64,000 nucleotides of DNA from Perkinsus olseni (taxonomy: Eukaryota): assembly GCA_013115125.1 (NCBI GenBank), contig JABANN010000007.1, positions 62,001 through 126,000 on the forward strand, given 5' to 3'. Position 1 is the stretch's first letter. Every line of letters begins with the position of its first letter. Below the pieces are notes generated by a model that saw only the letters and a list, made by a program, of their open reading frames with translations, was not told where the DNA came from and did not search any database. A program made the position numbers and the translations under genes. Positions 1 to 16,902 of the stretch are shown here, one piece after another.

Positions 1-1024
1 GTAACTACATGGTAGACTACTCTCGATATCATTGGTGCTCATGCTGGTGTTGTATGGGTCCTTATCCAGAGCAGGGTCACTCAACTCTTGGGGCGTGCCT
101 GTTCTCGTTACCTAAATAGGGCCGTGATGCATCCAACGCCCCCTTGAACTTGATACTATATTGCTCACAAGGCACTCAGTAACGAGTACGCACCTGTGAG
201 CTGCTCGGCTGAGTGACAACATCTTCGGCCACGAGGTCCTCCATGTCTAGCAGATTCACACACTTGAACATACCAACATTCTGAAGTTGGCGACAGTCTG
301 CAATAAGTACAGCTCATGATTGAGATGCCGCTTACACTGGGGGGTCTCAACGCTGGTTCGGATTGTTGCCGTGCCCTAAGGGCTTCACCAGAGAAGAATT
401 TGAAGTCGTCATCCTCATCATCGACGTCATGTTGATCAGGCAAGTCGAACGTTGTGGCTGATTGGGACTGACCTGGAGTTGGAGCAAAGCGATAGGAACC
501 GAGGATACCGAGGATCATCCACGACCCTCGACCCCGGCGACTAAGACCGACTCCAAGCTAACCTTCACGAGACTCACCCATGACCGGCCTCAGCGTTGGT
601 GAGCTCGCCGGCGGTGCCCCAGAGAAGAACCTACAAAGGAGACGCTGTGTATATTCTCATTGCAAGGGTTGGAGGGAAGAAGAGTGGATGCCCAGGTAAT
701 CTACCAGTCATCCTTGGACTGCTGTGCTGCTTTCTTTTTTGCTAATAAAGCATTACGTTTCTCCTCCTTCAGTTGCTTGGCGGATACGCCAACCGGAGAG
801 GCTTTCGGAACCGGCGAAGCTTTTTTCCGGAATTGAGCCAACAGTCCCTGGAACAGACCTACTCCACGGCTAAGGCCCATCCTCTCTGATAGTGGTATTA
901 CCTCATCAATTATCCCTTCATGATAGTTCCACAGTAATCCACAATCTCGACATTTCTCCTTCTTAAACGTATTAGATACAAACTGAGTACACCCTTGTGT
1001 ATTAGGCTGAAGGGCCTGATCCAT
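1..1024 (-). CDS. Multi-exon hypothetical protein (3' part runs off the window start) with an N-terminal Cys/His motif resembling the MPRIP and PEAK1/Pragmin N-termini
   Basis: ATG at 1024. CTQFVSNTFKKEKCRDCGLLWNYH, then a GT-AG intron (~852-902), a Lys-rich exon and an acidic exon (DVDDEDDDFKFF). Confidence 0.6.
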
Positions 1025-1154
1025 TGATGGCCGGGGAGGAGAAACAGAAAAAGGCCTACTACCGTGCCCGCTGCTGAAGGTTACGCCGACACCACTAGTG
1101 ACAACTCAATAAACCACACAGTGGAAATCAGAGAACAATGACGTATTTACAGTA

Positions 1155-2306
1155 CTATGGCAATGACCCTGCACAGTCACTTAGCGCAATGCGCTCCCGA
1201 ATCTGTTTGTATGATGCAATAGCTTCACGTATTCTCGGGGCAACCTCCCTGGACCAAACGTCCCGGTCCTTCTCTGTCATGTCGGAGCCCCACAGCTTGG
1301 CAACTGCATTGTATGGAACATCTTCGAATAGATGACATAGTAGAGAGAACGGTGAGTCGCCACTGTACGAGACGATCCTGTCCAGGAGAGCTGTACGCCT
1401 CGGGCTCTGAGCATCGATATTCACCACCGTAACTTGAGAACGGTAGAGAGTACCGTCCTCGGAGCTTCGACCGACAGGTCTCACTAACCATAAAATGCCG
1501 GGATTCTTCAGCATACGGGACACGGACCAGAGCAGACTTTCCGGAGGCCTCAGTGAGGATAGTGCTAAGCATTTGAACTTCGGGAAGGCCATCGAGCGAA
1601 AGATGGTATCCACGTCGTCGATGGTCCAGATGTTCGGATCGGAGTCCTCCCGTAGGTGGATAAAACTCTCTAGTTCGGTCCTTTGTATCAACATCAGGCA
1701 AGCGGCCCTGCTGATACGGCCTTGTAGATTCAAAATACGTAGCCGTGGCATCACTGGGAAAGTGGTTACCCGCAGATCAGGGTCACAACGCAACGTTAGC
1801 CTGATAAGGGAATGCTTATTCCTTCTTGCCAGAGTATCAAACGCTTTCAGGGTCGATTCTGCCTTCGAGCACTTCAGAGCTCTCCTAGGAGGTACATTGT
1901 TCTCCCGTGGGCCGCATATAAAATCCAATTTCGAGAGGCCAGAGAACATCGTGGATATCTTCGTAGCCAGATCTGCGGAGCCTACTCTCCTCGGATTGAA
2001 CTTCAAGGTTAGTTCGGCAACTAGGGTTAACCTTTCCAAGCCATCTATCAGGCATTCTGACTCCGACACTCTGTCTACATAATAATCTAAATAGATCTCG
2101 ACCCTCCGGACACTTGTTGTATCGATACAATACAAGATGCTTTGGCACCACGGTGAGAACCCTAGACTCACGTTGCCAACCTTCAGTAGGCCATCACGGT
2201 TGAGCCCTCTGTAGATCGTCCAACAGCTGAGAGCAAAGCTGAGAACATCAGAAGAAGCTAGACAGTCGCAAACCTCCGAAAGGATGAAGGCTTCCTCAAA
2301 TAACAT
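1155..2306 (-). CDS. Intronless F-box-like / LRR (RNI-like) protein, 383 aa
   Basis: Long uninterrupted ORF. N-terminal FILSEVCDCLASSDVLSFALSCWTIY fits the F-box pattern. LxxLxL repeats follow (LERLTLVAELTL, LSKLDF, LIRLTL, LRILNL, FKCLAL). Confidence 0.6.
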   Translation of the reverse strand: MLFEEAFILSEVCDCLASSDVLSFALSCWTIYRGLNRDGLLKVGNVSLGFSPWCQSILYCIDTTSVRRVEIYLDYYVDRVSESECLIDGLERLTLVAELTLKFNPRRVGSADLATKISTMFSGLSKLDFICGPRENNVPPRRALKCSKAESTLKAFDTLARRNKHSLIRLTLRCDPDLRVTTFPVMPRLRILNLQGRISRAACLMLIQRTELESFIHLREDSDPNIWTIDDVDTIFRSMAFPKFKCLALSSLRPPESLLWSVSRMLKNPGILWLVRPVGRSSEDGTLYRSQVTVVNIDAQSPRRTALLDRIVSYSGDSPFSLLCHLFEDVPYNAVAKLWGSDMTEKDRDVWSREVAPRIREAIASYKQIRERIALSDCAGSLP

Positions 2307-2412
2307 CGCGACTTGGCGTCGATCAGAATGGCGGGCGCCAAAAAGACGCGCTTATCTCGTGCACTTGAATTTCCCTTCCATCTGTCAGTCTGTCGGTACT
2401 CCTCATCGTGTC

Positions 2413-3114
2413 ATGGAGTCGCCACCAGAACTAAATCTTCTAATACTTGAGTCACGGTACGAGCAGAAATCGGAAGAAGATGAAGACATACAACTCTCAG
2501 AACAAATGGGCCAAACTGTTGAACAACTAGCAACCATATCAGCAGCATCAGCAGCAGACAATTCTGAATTGAGCCGGAACGATCCACTATTTGAGGCATG
2601 GGACTGGACCCCATCCACGGTATCTTCGAGTACAGCGGGGATGCCGGGATTGTTGCCGTTTATCGATTTCTCACCAGAAGGTAACTCGGTGGAACAGCCC
2701 TCGGCAGGGCAGGATGGCAGCCTACGAGAACTATCGAATACAATAATTCATAACGGTACACTTTGGGAGCCTAATAGTCTCGCGACACCACCTTTACGAA
2801 AGCAGCGGAAGTCTAGGGCACGTAACGGGGTGCCCCAATTGGGAGAGGCGGGGAGAGCTCAATTAAAGTCTGCGATATCCGCGGCCATTCGTGGTGAGAA
2901 TCGCAAGAAGATGATATGCCGTGAGATAGGTGTATTGAAGAGTGCAACCATAAGGCAGCTCATCTTGATGGCGAACGCTATTGGATTGAGTCACGTTGTG
3001 GATGACTTGGTAGCAGATTTTGAGAGAGTAAAGGAACAGAAGAAAATACTCCGTCCTTTAAAGCTGACGAGTTGCATACGGAAGCGACTCTCGTCTAAAC
3101 GTAGCGGAGTTTGA
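2413..3114 (+). CDS. Hypothetical protein A: acidic N-terminus plus one copy of the unrecognised 55-aa domain (2839-3003)
   Basis: ORF 2284-3114; the ATG at 2413 (MESPPEL) is preferred because it avoids overlap with the divergent gene. The domain aligns without gaps to copies in the two neighbours. Confidence 0.8.
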   Translation: MESPPELNLLILESRYEQKSEEDEDIQLSEQMGQTVEQLATISAASAADNSELSRNDPLFEAWDWTPSTVSSSTAGMPGLLPFIDFSPEGNSVEQPSAGQDGSLRELSNTIIHNGTLWEPNSLATPPLRKQRKSRARNGVPQLGEAGRAQLKSAISAAIRGENRKKMICREIGVLKSATIRQLILMANAIGLSHVVDDLVADFERVKEQKKILRPLKLTSCIRKRLSSKRSGV

Positions 3115-3303
3115 AATGATAACAACAGGTGTGACCCACCTATACATGATCTTATTGTACAGATGTTTTACCCCTCTTAAATCATCATCATCATACTGCA
3201 TGAGATTGGAATCATGTTTATCAATTTGTTAGTCAATAAGTCCGATCGTGGTGTTGTGTTTACGGCAAGGAGAATGTTGACAGCTTCTTTAGAGATTACA
3301 ATC

Positions 3304-4299
3304 ATGGCAACACCGCACTCCGCCATGAGCCTCTCTGAGGGAGGAAACGCAATGTCGCCAAATCGAACTGGATGCACGACTTCTGAGGTTCCCCAACAGT
3401 CCTGCGAGGTCCCCACCGATGGGGCATCCGGCGATTCCAATGGATCGGCACTCCGAGGAGTTTCCCCAACTTCTAGCCTTGAACAAGCTATCAGTGCCTG
3501 GTATCTTACGAGTTCTATGGACACTTGTTGCACAACAGACGAGGCAGCAACGAACGTCGACCACCGGAGGGGATGCCAAGGGTGCCACTCACATGAACAT
3601 GATCTTCCTTCATGCCAATCGAAACCAGAAGTGAAGGAAGAGGAGGAAGTGAAGGAACTAATGATAGCTCCGTCTGTCATAGCGTCTCGTGGCTCAAAAC
3701 AAGGAAAACTTCAGCTCGGAAATCATGGGCGGGCCAAGCTGCGGCGGAAGATATCATCAACCCTCAGTGAGTCACGAGACGGGAAGAGGAAACGCCGCGA
3801 GATCGGTCTGGTAAGGTCGGCGACAGTGGAGCAACTGATACGGATGGCAGACACGTTAGGGCTCAGTGATTACGTAGACGTTATAGTGCAAGAGCAAAGA
3901 GAGTTGAAGGAGGGAGTTCGGTCTCCCACTCGAAAGTGTGAAGGCTCCTCACCACGAAGGAGACAACGCAGGGGATCCACCTCGAGTATATCAACGAGCT
4001 TCAGTAGTTCCGTAGCCTCCACTACAGACAGCATTTCATCCAATACTCACAGAACTGACCGAGTCGATGCACAGCTGGGGAATGCCGGACGAGGCTTGTT
4101 GAGGCGCAGGTTATCCACCGTGACGCGAGAAAATGGGAGACATCGAGAGACGTGCCGCACGATTGGGAGGGTTAGGACTGCCACCGTACAGGAACTCATC
4201 GGTATGGCGGATGCGATCGGTCTAAGCGATTACGTTGACATGCTGATCAAAGATTTCCGTGACAAGAAAGATGCCAGATCTCGCAGAGTTAGAACGTAG
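3304..4299 (+). CDS. Hypothetical protein B: Ser/Thr/Cys-rich N-terminus plus two copies of the 55-aa domain (3715-3879, 4075-4239)
   Basis: ORF 3214-4299, start uncertain (ATG at 3304 or 3214). Internal duplication of LGNxGR...IG.VR(S/T)ATV..LI.MAD.(L/I)GLSDYVD. Confidence 0.8.
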   Translation: MATPHSAMSLSEGGNAMSPNRTGCTTSEVPQQSCEVPTDGASGDSNGSALRGVSPTSSLEQAISAWYLTSSMDTCCTTDEAATNVDHRRGCQGCHSHEHDLPSCQSKPEVKEEEEVKELMIAPSVIASRGSKQGKLQLGNHGRAKLRRKISSTLSESRDGKRKRREIGLVRSATVEQLIRMADTLGLSDYVDVIVQEQRELKEGVRSPTRKCEGSSPRRRQRRGSTSSISTSFSSSVASTTDSISSNTHRTDRVDAQLGNAGRGLLRRRLSTVTRENGRHRETCRTIGRVRTATVQELIGMADAIGLSDYVDMLIKDFRDKKDARSRRVRT

Positions 4300-4993
4300 A
4301 GGCGCTGACCATAGACTGCTGTCTCTTCTGCAGTGTGACGCCGATTCATGCGCATGCGTGCAAACACATCTAGGTCATATGACGCTCTTGCTAGTTGTAG
4401 CTTTGACAGTTTTGCTTTGAGTGGGTCACGAGGGGAGGGTCGACGTCTCCCTTGTGAGTGTCTTTGAGTGCTTCCTCTTCAGTGATCACCTGATTCTTAG
4501 TCCTCATGTTCCCAAGTGGCTCCACTGTCTTGGCAACGGGGTTGCCTGACGATTGGCCAATTCCCCGCGATTTGGGTGACCCTATCTCCCCGGTCCCCAA
4601 TGACACTTTCATCAAGATTGAGCCGACTTTCATGCGCTGGCTTTCACAATCAGGATCACCCGTGGTGCCCACTGCTGCCACGCCGGTATTGGTTCAAGGA
4701 GTGGTCGTCGGTGTAGACCACCTCGCGCTCCCAGGAAATGTCGCCCCTTACCTCAGCATCACTGAGCAGGGATTTTTACCCTTACGGATGCTCCCACACA
4801 GTCTAGCTAGCCCTGATAAGTCTCTCAAACAAGTGGTCGATATGTCGAGGGTATGTGGTCTTGGTATGATGAGAACACCTCCGCCGCCGCCGCCACCACC
4901 GCCGACGTCAGCTTCTCCCCGCCGGACGTACCCGAAGCTTGGTAATCGAGGTCGTGCTAAGCTCAGAGGCATGATCGCCGCTGCTGCCAAGGG

Positions 4994-10362
<5,369 letters not shown>

Positions 10363-10504
10363 CTTATGGTGGCAGGCCTCCTTCTCCTGACTACTAGTAA
10401 CACCACACATTACAAAAAGGGTCCAGTGGAAATTATATCCGACGCCCACCACGCAGTTAGGTTCGTCATCGGCAGCAACTTAGTAAGGACAGACTGGGTC
10501 GTCT

Positions 10505-11044
10505 TTACTTCTTGCTAACCTTGGCCTTCTTCTCGGACTTCTGGGCAGCCTTGCGGGCCTTCTCAGCGAGAGCAGCTCTGACGAGCTTCTGCTCCTCGAG
10601 AAGGAAAGCGCGGATGATGCGCTGCTTCACGCACTTGCCGCAGATGGAACCACCATAGGCACGAGAGACGTGACGCTCACGCTGCTTGAGCTGAGAGTAC
10701 TTGAAGGGTCGAAGGCACTTAACCTGAACAAAGAACGGCCATCAATGATAACAATCCCAACACCCACTACGAAGATCACAGAGATGGCTGGTGAACCCAA
10801 GACCTATTGGCTCCCAAACGAGATGACGAGAATACAATATTAATCTAGAATTAGCCTATACTATTGGCCTATCCCTTTTCATTACACCATTGATCTTGCC
10901 CTTGCAGTCTCCACAGCGAGGACCAGTGGCGGTCTTGGTGATCTTATGATAGACCAACTTTCCACCAGGGGTCTTCACAAGCTTCTGCTTGTTAGACTTA
11001 GTGTTGAAGTTAACCTTGCGGCGGTATGTAAGGCGTTGAACCAT
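10505..11044 (-). CDS. RPL34: 60S ribosomal protein L34 (eL34); exons 11044-10886 and 10723-10505
   Basis: MVQRLTYRRKVNFNTKSNKQKLVKTPGGKLVY...PRCGDCKGKING | VKCLRPFKYSQLKQRERHVSRAYGGSICGKCVKQRIIRAFLLEEQKLV; GT-AG intron 10724-10885. Confidence 0.97.
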
Positions 11045-11365
11045 CTAAACACAGCAATAACATTACGTCCCTAAAGCTTCGGTAGGTCTAGCAATTCCCT
11101 CCACGACTCTATACCACACGCTACCGAACGTAGCAACAGCAGCCGGTACAATCGCTCATCCAACGTACGATCCAGTCACCCACCCGAGCTCATCGCAAAG
11201 ACCCTGTGTATTACCTTTGGAGCGGGACGTTTCCACCTTGAGGGTCTGGAGGCCTATCGACCGTGCAAATCGATCGATTCGCCGAAAGAGCTACCATCGT
11301 TGAGGAATTGCAAGATTAGCAAGTGACACATATTCCGTCATCAGCCAGCCCTTCGTCAAGTAACC

Positions 11366-13611
11366 ATGAGTTCTCTTAGTAAGAGGTCTCGTGCCCTCCG
11401 GGATATTCGTGGTGACTGGTCAAGCTTTGAGGATGTGAGACACCTAAATAGCACGGAGTTGAGGACTCTTCGCCTCCTCTAGGCCTACCCCCACCCCGGT
11501 GCAGATCTAGTAGGAGTAGTCAAGGCCCTGTTCCCAGAGTATTCTCTAAGGGTTATCAGTAGGTGAGCGGCACCCGGCCTGTCTGAGGCTGTATTAAAGC
11601 TCTGGACTAGTTGGAAGCACGGTAGTGATAGGTATATACACAGCCGTACTGTGGAACAAAGAGCTACTCTGACATCACAGCTCAAACCTATCTTGCATAC
11701 CCTCAACAACCCGAGGCAGGATGGAGGTCAGTTCTCTGCACACACGCCGTTCACCCACCACCCTCCTCAACAGACCATCCCCCTACGTCTGTTGCTCATC
11801 GAGCCGCTACCTGTCTGAGTCACTCTACTAACACTTCATCAACCTTTGGTATATTGAAAAGGTCCCTCAGCGAGCTGGGCATACCAGCAGACCATATAAC
11901 ATCTAATACCTATTCCATGGCCTACAAAAGCCTCATGGATCGAGCCATGTTCGCCTCGACAGAGTAGCCCTACTCTCGATCTATATTCCGCAAACACAAC
12001 CACTATTCTAGATACCAGAAGCTGGGACGTGGGGTGGCAGGAGTTGATGACGGCGGGGCTCCCTGTGCCATGTCAGACGTGGGGAAGCCCAGTAACAGTG
12101 CTCTTACGGTAAGGAGCTGTAGCATGTGGTATGACATGGTCAAAGCAGGTTATAGGGGGAACTGGGGCAACAGCTCAGCGGAAGGCTCGAGAATGTCGGA
12201 AACTCGTACCGTCAGTAGTACTGTTAGACCTACGGAGAGGATTGAGGTTATGCAAGCTGCACGGCGGTGGCAAGAGCTCCGTTCACTGTTGTAGATGGGT
12301 GGAGGCCTCCGAGCGGACTCTGGCCTCGGACTACATGACTGGTTCGGGTAGCCGACATGATGTAGTAGTAGAGGCGATTAAACCGAGACTACCGTATCCA
12401 ATGGCCAGCTGTGTAAGTTGAACTCATGGCGAGTACGAGATCAACCAGCAGTTATATAGGTACCCAAGCTGGAGCCCCAGCTGTGGGGTAATGAGGAACG
12501 GTTGGGCAAGTTGATGGCATTGAGACAGCTAGACCGAGAGATGGCCATGGACCCAGGTCCTGCCCTTCTTACTCCTTGAGGTGTTGAGGCATCCCTATAG
12601 GTAGAGTGTGGCCTATGGACATCAAGCGGAGAGAAGAGATTGAGGACTTGGAGAATAAGCTGGAACAGCTCGGGGAAGAGACTAAGGAAATAAGGACTGT
12701 AGCAACAGCAACGGCAGCAGGAGCAGCAGGAGTGACGTGCATATCAAGTGTTACTAGATTCGGGTACCGAAGAAGTTCAATCCGGAACTAGAGGGTCATG
12801 ATCCAGGGATGGAGTATGCCCTAACAGGCTCTAACATGCATCCCTCGAGGTAGTAGTCTGATGATCATCCTGCATGCTACGATCCAGACATTGCTGCATT
12901 CACCAGTCAGTGGAAGTCATCGTACGCCACCGCCTCCTCACCTGATTTACTCTATGCTTACGATAAGAAGTCTGCCGAGCGGCGTCTAGTGCCCGCCAGG
13001 AAGTTCTCTAAAGTAGTGTTGGACGTGCCTGCTTGCCCCTCATGCTCCTCTATTCAGCACACCAAGCGACGGGAAGAGCGCAGGATTTACGACTACAGTC
13101 TATCTGCAGCAGCAGTAGTACATCATCGTTATACTACCTGTATGCTGCTGCTGCTGCTGCTTGTACTGCTGTAGTAGGTACTGCCGGAGCCTAGTAGGTC
13201 AGTGTTGAATGGTTGGGACGAAGCCTCCAGTGTAGTAACTAGGAAATGGAACAGCTAATGGTGTCATGCTCATCGTCATGCTCATGATCATCGAGGGATC
13301 CTCGATAATCATCATCAAGTTGTGGTACTGAGAATACTGTCTTGAGTTTGCTGTGAGTGGGCAGTGGGAGGGCAGTGGAGGTTCGGGAATCAGTGGCAAC
13401 TGGTGGTGTTGTGATGGACCCTTCCCGGGCGGCCCAATATGCAGCCCAGCAACAACAGGTAGTACGGGCTGTCATGACCTTTACATTGTGTGCAGTATTC
13501 ACAATTCTCTACAACAACCTAGGAATCCTCTGACTCGATCTGGGAAGGGGCCCATCACTGTCTCTCAGGCTGCACGTATGGTAGCAGCAGCCCAACAGCA
13601 GCAACAGCAGC

Positions 13612-13651
<40 letters not shown>

Positions 13652-16467
13652 GCAGCAGCAAGCGGCGTTGATGGCAGCCAATAAGTCACGATTGGCCGCC
13701 ATACTACAACAGGCTACATCTGGGGGGCAGCCTTTGACTGCTGCGCAGATGCAAGGGTAACCAACCCAACGCTCACGGACGATGAGAGACAACCTATCAC
13801 AGGCTCATTGCCAGAGTACAGCAACAGCAGCAGCAGCAACAACAACAACAACAACAACAACAGCATCAGAACATGCAGGGTGCGCAGCCCAACGGTCATC
13901 TGCCTGCTGCTGGGGCTGCTGCCTTACTCGCTGCTCAACACCAACGGCAGCAGGCTATGGCGGCCAAGGGCACAGTACTACCACATCATCGCCGTAGATA
14001 GGGACACGTACCTTTAGGGGGGAGCCTCCTTACTGGAACAACATGCCAGGGCCCAGGCCACGAGGATGGCTCAGCAGCAGGCGCAACAGAAGGTCTGATA
14101 CACAGGGACCCCTCCATCCCCTCACTTACGGCTCTGTCAGGTGTTATTACAACAACAGCAGCAAAGGGCCGCTAGCATAGCTGCTGCCAGGAATCATGAG
14201 ACTACTCAGGCTCAGGTAGGAGGACCACACTAAAGGTCTGCAGCACCCAATACACTAGGGGCCGCTCTTAGATGGAGCTACAGGCCCTCCGAGGCAAGAT
14301 CCAGCAGGCTCATTCCTCCTATACACAAGCCGTCAAAAAGTAGTACTGTGTTGGTTCGGACTGATGCTGACTGTGGGTGTATTTTCGCAGGAGGGAACAG
14401 GCAAAGGCACAGATAGACTCATACGAGGCAGAGGCCAGCAGTCTACACACTAAGGTGAGGTCCATACTATCCACTTGTTGGTATATGTCGATTGTGGTGT
14501 AGATTATGGAAGATCCCAGGATGAAACAAGATACTGAGACACGTAACCTATTCCTCAAGCAATGCATGGATCGTATACAGAAGATGAAAGAGTATAGGAA
14601 CCAATATACTGCCCTAATGGTGATAACACTGTGGGAGGGGGAAGAGGAGAAAGCTGCTTCCTCAGGAACAAGCCGAGAAAGAGTCTCAGATCTACCAGAA
14701 ACAGGTGGAGCAGATGAGTCAAGAGTTCAAGGCGAAGCAGGTGACGTTACTGAGGCTCGTCCAAGGCCAGCGCCAACAACAACAAGCTGCAGTCACAGCG
14801 GCAACACCAGGTGGTGCTGAGACGCCAAGCCGAGGTACCCATGGTGGCTGTTACTGTATGCCAACCTACTTCTTCTGTTAGTCACCCCCTCACCTTCTGC
14901 AATCTCAGTACCCGGAAGTGTTCCCTCGCCTGGCTCTGTAAGATGGGTGCCGACGCTCTCTCCTCGTGGGAGCGTACTGACGACGTCCCTTCAGATGCCG
15001 CGGCCTCCAGCGTCGGCTGCTGCTGCTGCAGCTGTTCATCCTCCTGTACCGACTGCCGCTCAAAAGCAGGCTATGCAGCAAGGGTATCAGGTCATCGGTC
15101 AGGAGAACTCTGCTGCAACAACAGCAGCGATGGCTCGCCCTAAAACTAGGGCCGAGCAACAGGAGAGTATACGGCAGCTCCAGCAGGTTGGAAGGGGGCC
15201 ACTCGCACTGAGGAGTGCCAGCTTATGGTGTATGATTAGGCGCGTGAGGCAGTGTATGTGCTCGAGTCCTTCGCAACTCTGGTACTGTCCCACGGTCACA
15301 TGATAAAATTGAGTTACCGGAACCGATTGGAGTCTGAGCGTCTCCACTCCTGGGCTCGCTCTGTGCGCGATTTAGTTGAGGTAGTAGTACACAGTTGGAC
15401 GAAGTAGCTCATAATCCTGTGGTGAGTTAGGGATTGGTGAGTAGCATGAACCTGGAATACTCCGGGAGGATGGTCACCAATGCAGAGCAATTGAGGTTTC
15501 TTAGTAGAAGCTCAAAAGGGAGGGGCACTGAAGGAGGTGAGAGGGCAGGGAGGGTTATGGCAAGAACTCTTTGGATGCCATCGTACTTGTAGTTGGTGAC
15601 AACGAGAACCCGATCTCCATCGATGACGAGAGGCTTGCTCGGCTGAAGACAGTTTTAACACAGGTAAATAGAATTCTGGTAGTAGATGGCAGCGCAGCTG
15701 TTGATGAGTCAGGCCGTAGTGGTGTATAGCCGGTGTATGCGCAACTTTATGGAGAGGCCAGTCAATGCGGATAGTGGACTAGGGAATAACAACACTGATA
15801 CCAACAACAACAACAACACTGATGGAAGAGAGAATGGTCGGCGGCACTGCTACTATAGACTCCTACTCATCACTACACCATAGGCCCTTCCCTTTACACA
15901 GTATGTTGTGCCCTTGGCGCTGCTTTGGGTGTTGCCCCTCCAAGCCTTGGGGAACTCAGTCGCGAGTCTAGCACCCTATACGAGCTTATCTCGGGTATTG
16001 CCGGCAGTGTTAACACTCGTTGATACTAGCATGACTTGATCAGGTACTGATACTTACATGGCCAGGTATCGGCCATTCAAGTGTATAAGTAGGGTGGTGG
16101 ATGAACAGCAGTACATCAACTTCACTTCCCTCACCGAGGAGTCCCTTCTAACTCTGCGTCAGTGAGTTCATCAATACCTCTCCATCCTGGGATTGTCCGA
16201 GTCCTGCACTCAGGATGTTTGGTGGCAGTAACAAGAGGAAGAGAGTCCCGATCGACAGTCACACAAGCAATAGCACACCTACTGCGGGGACCGTGGCGGG
16301 TGATGGAGTTGTTGATATGGGCTGGTGGAGACCTACCCGATGCCATACCCGTGCTCGGGCCAAACGGCGTCGTCGAGACATGGCATCGCCGACAACAATT
16401 TCACCAGTTGCAACTTTATGATGCCCACCACCGCTCACCACGTGTTCCTTTTGGTACACGGAGTTGA
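11366..16467 (+). CDS. Large multi-exon glutamine-rich / coiled-coil hypothetical protein; ends approximate, may be more than one gene
   Basis: ATG at 11366 (MSSLSKRSRALRDIRGDW), a regular succession of + strand GT..AG introns, a CPSC motif, poly-Q tracts and Q/A-rich coiled-coil exons. Confidence 0.6.
13593..13863 (+). repeat. Two coding CAA/CAG tracts (about Q23 at 13593-13661 and Q15 at 13819-13863)
   Basis: Directly visible; mixed CAA/CAG codons are consistent with the Gln frame. Confidence 0.9.
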
Positions 16468-16902
16468 GTTGATAGTCAAGATGGAACTAGGCGCCGACTA
16501 ACGATGCGTGACTTAGCTACGTGATGCAGTTGTAGGATTCCCTGCTAGACATGTTTTGGGTTGAGCGAAGGCTGTGGATTTATACTGTAGAATGCAACAA
16601 ACAGACACAGCTGTAGGGACCGGCCGCGTCTCGAACTGTACCGCAAGAGACACGTGCTTGCCAATACAAGCAGCTGATTCAACCACTTTTCGACAGGACG
16701 TTAAGGTTATTTCTTTATGTATCAATTTACTGTACAACTCTGAAGGATTAAATCTGATAGAAACCTACGTGGGCTACATTCAAAATAATCTGTTATTAAA
16801 GGCATCAACTTAGTCCCATTGGGAGGATCGTCGTCCACCTTGACGGCTGCGACTGATCATCATTACACCAACAATCCATTGACAAGTATACCACTCCTCC
16901 AC

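Noticed and set aside
2328-2345. E2F-like GGCGCCAAAA in the divergent spacer (CGCGCC cluster also at 38946-38990)
   Set aside because: Short GC motifs are expected by chance, and there is no evidence for the cognate factor.
12240-12295. RLCKLHGGGKSSVHC as a WRKY19-like or HGG zinc finger
   Set aside because: Single copy, the upstream Cys spacing is not evident and the reading frame is uncertain.
13565-14017. Poly-Cys, poly-Leu, poly-Thr and poly-Asn ORFs
   Set aside because: These are alternative-frame or antisense readings of the poly-Q repeats.
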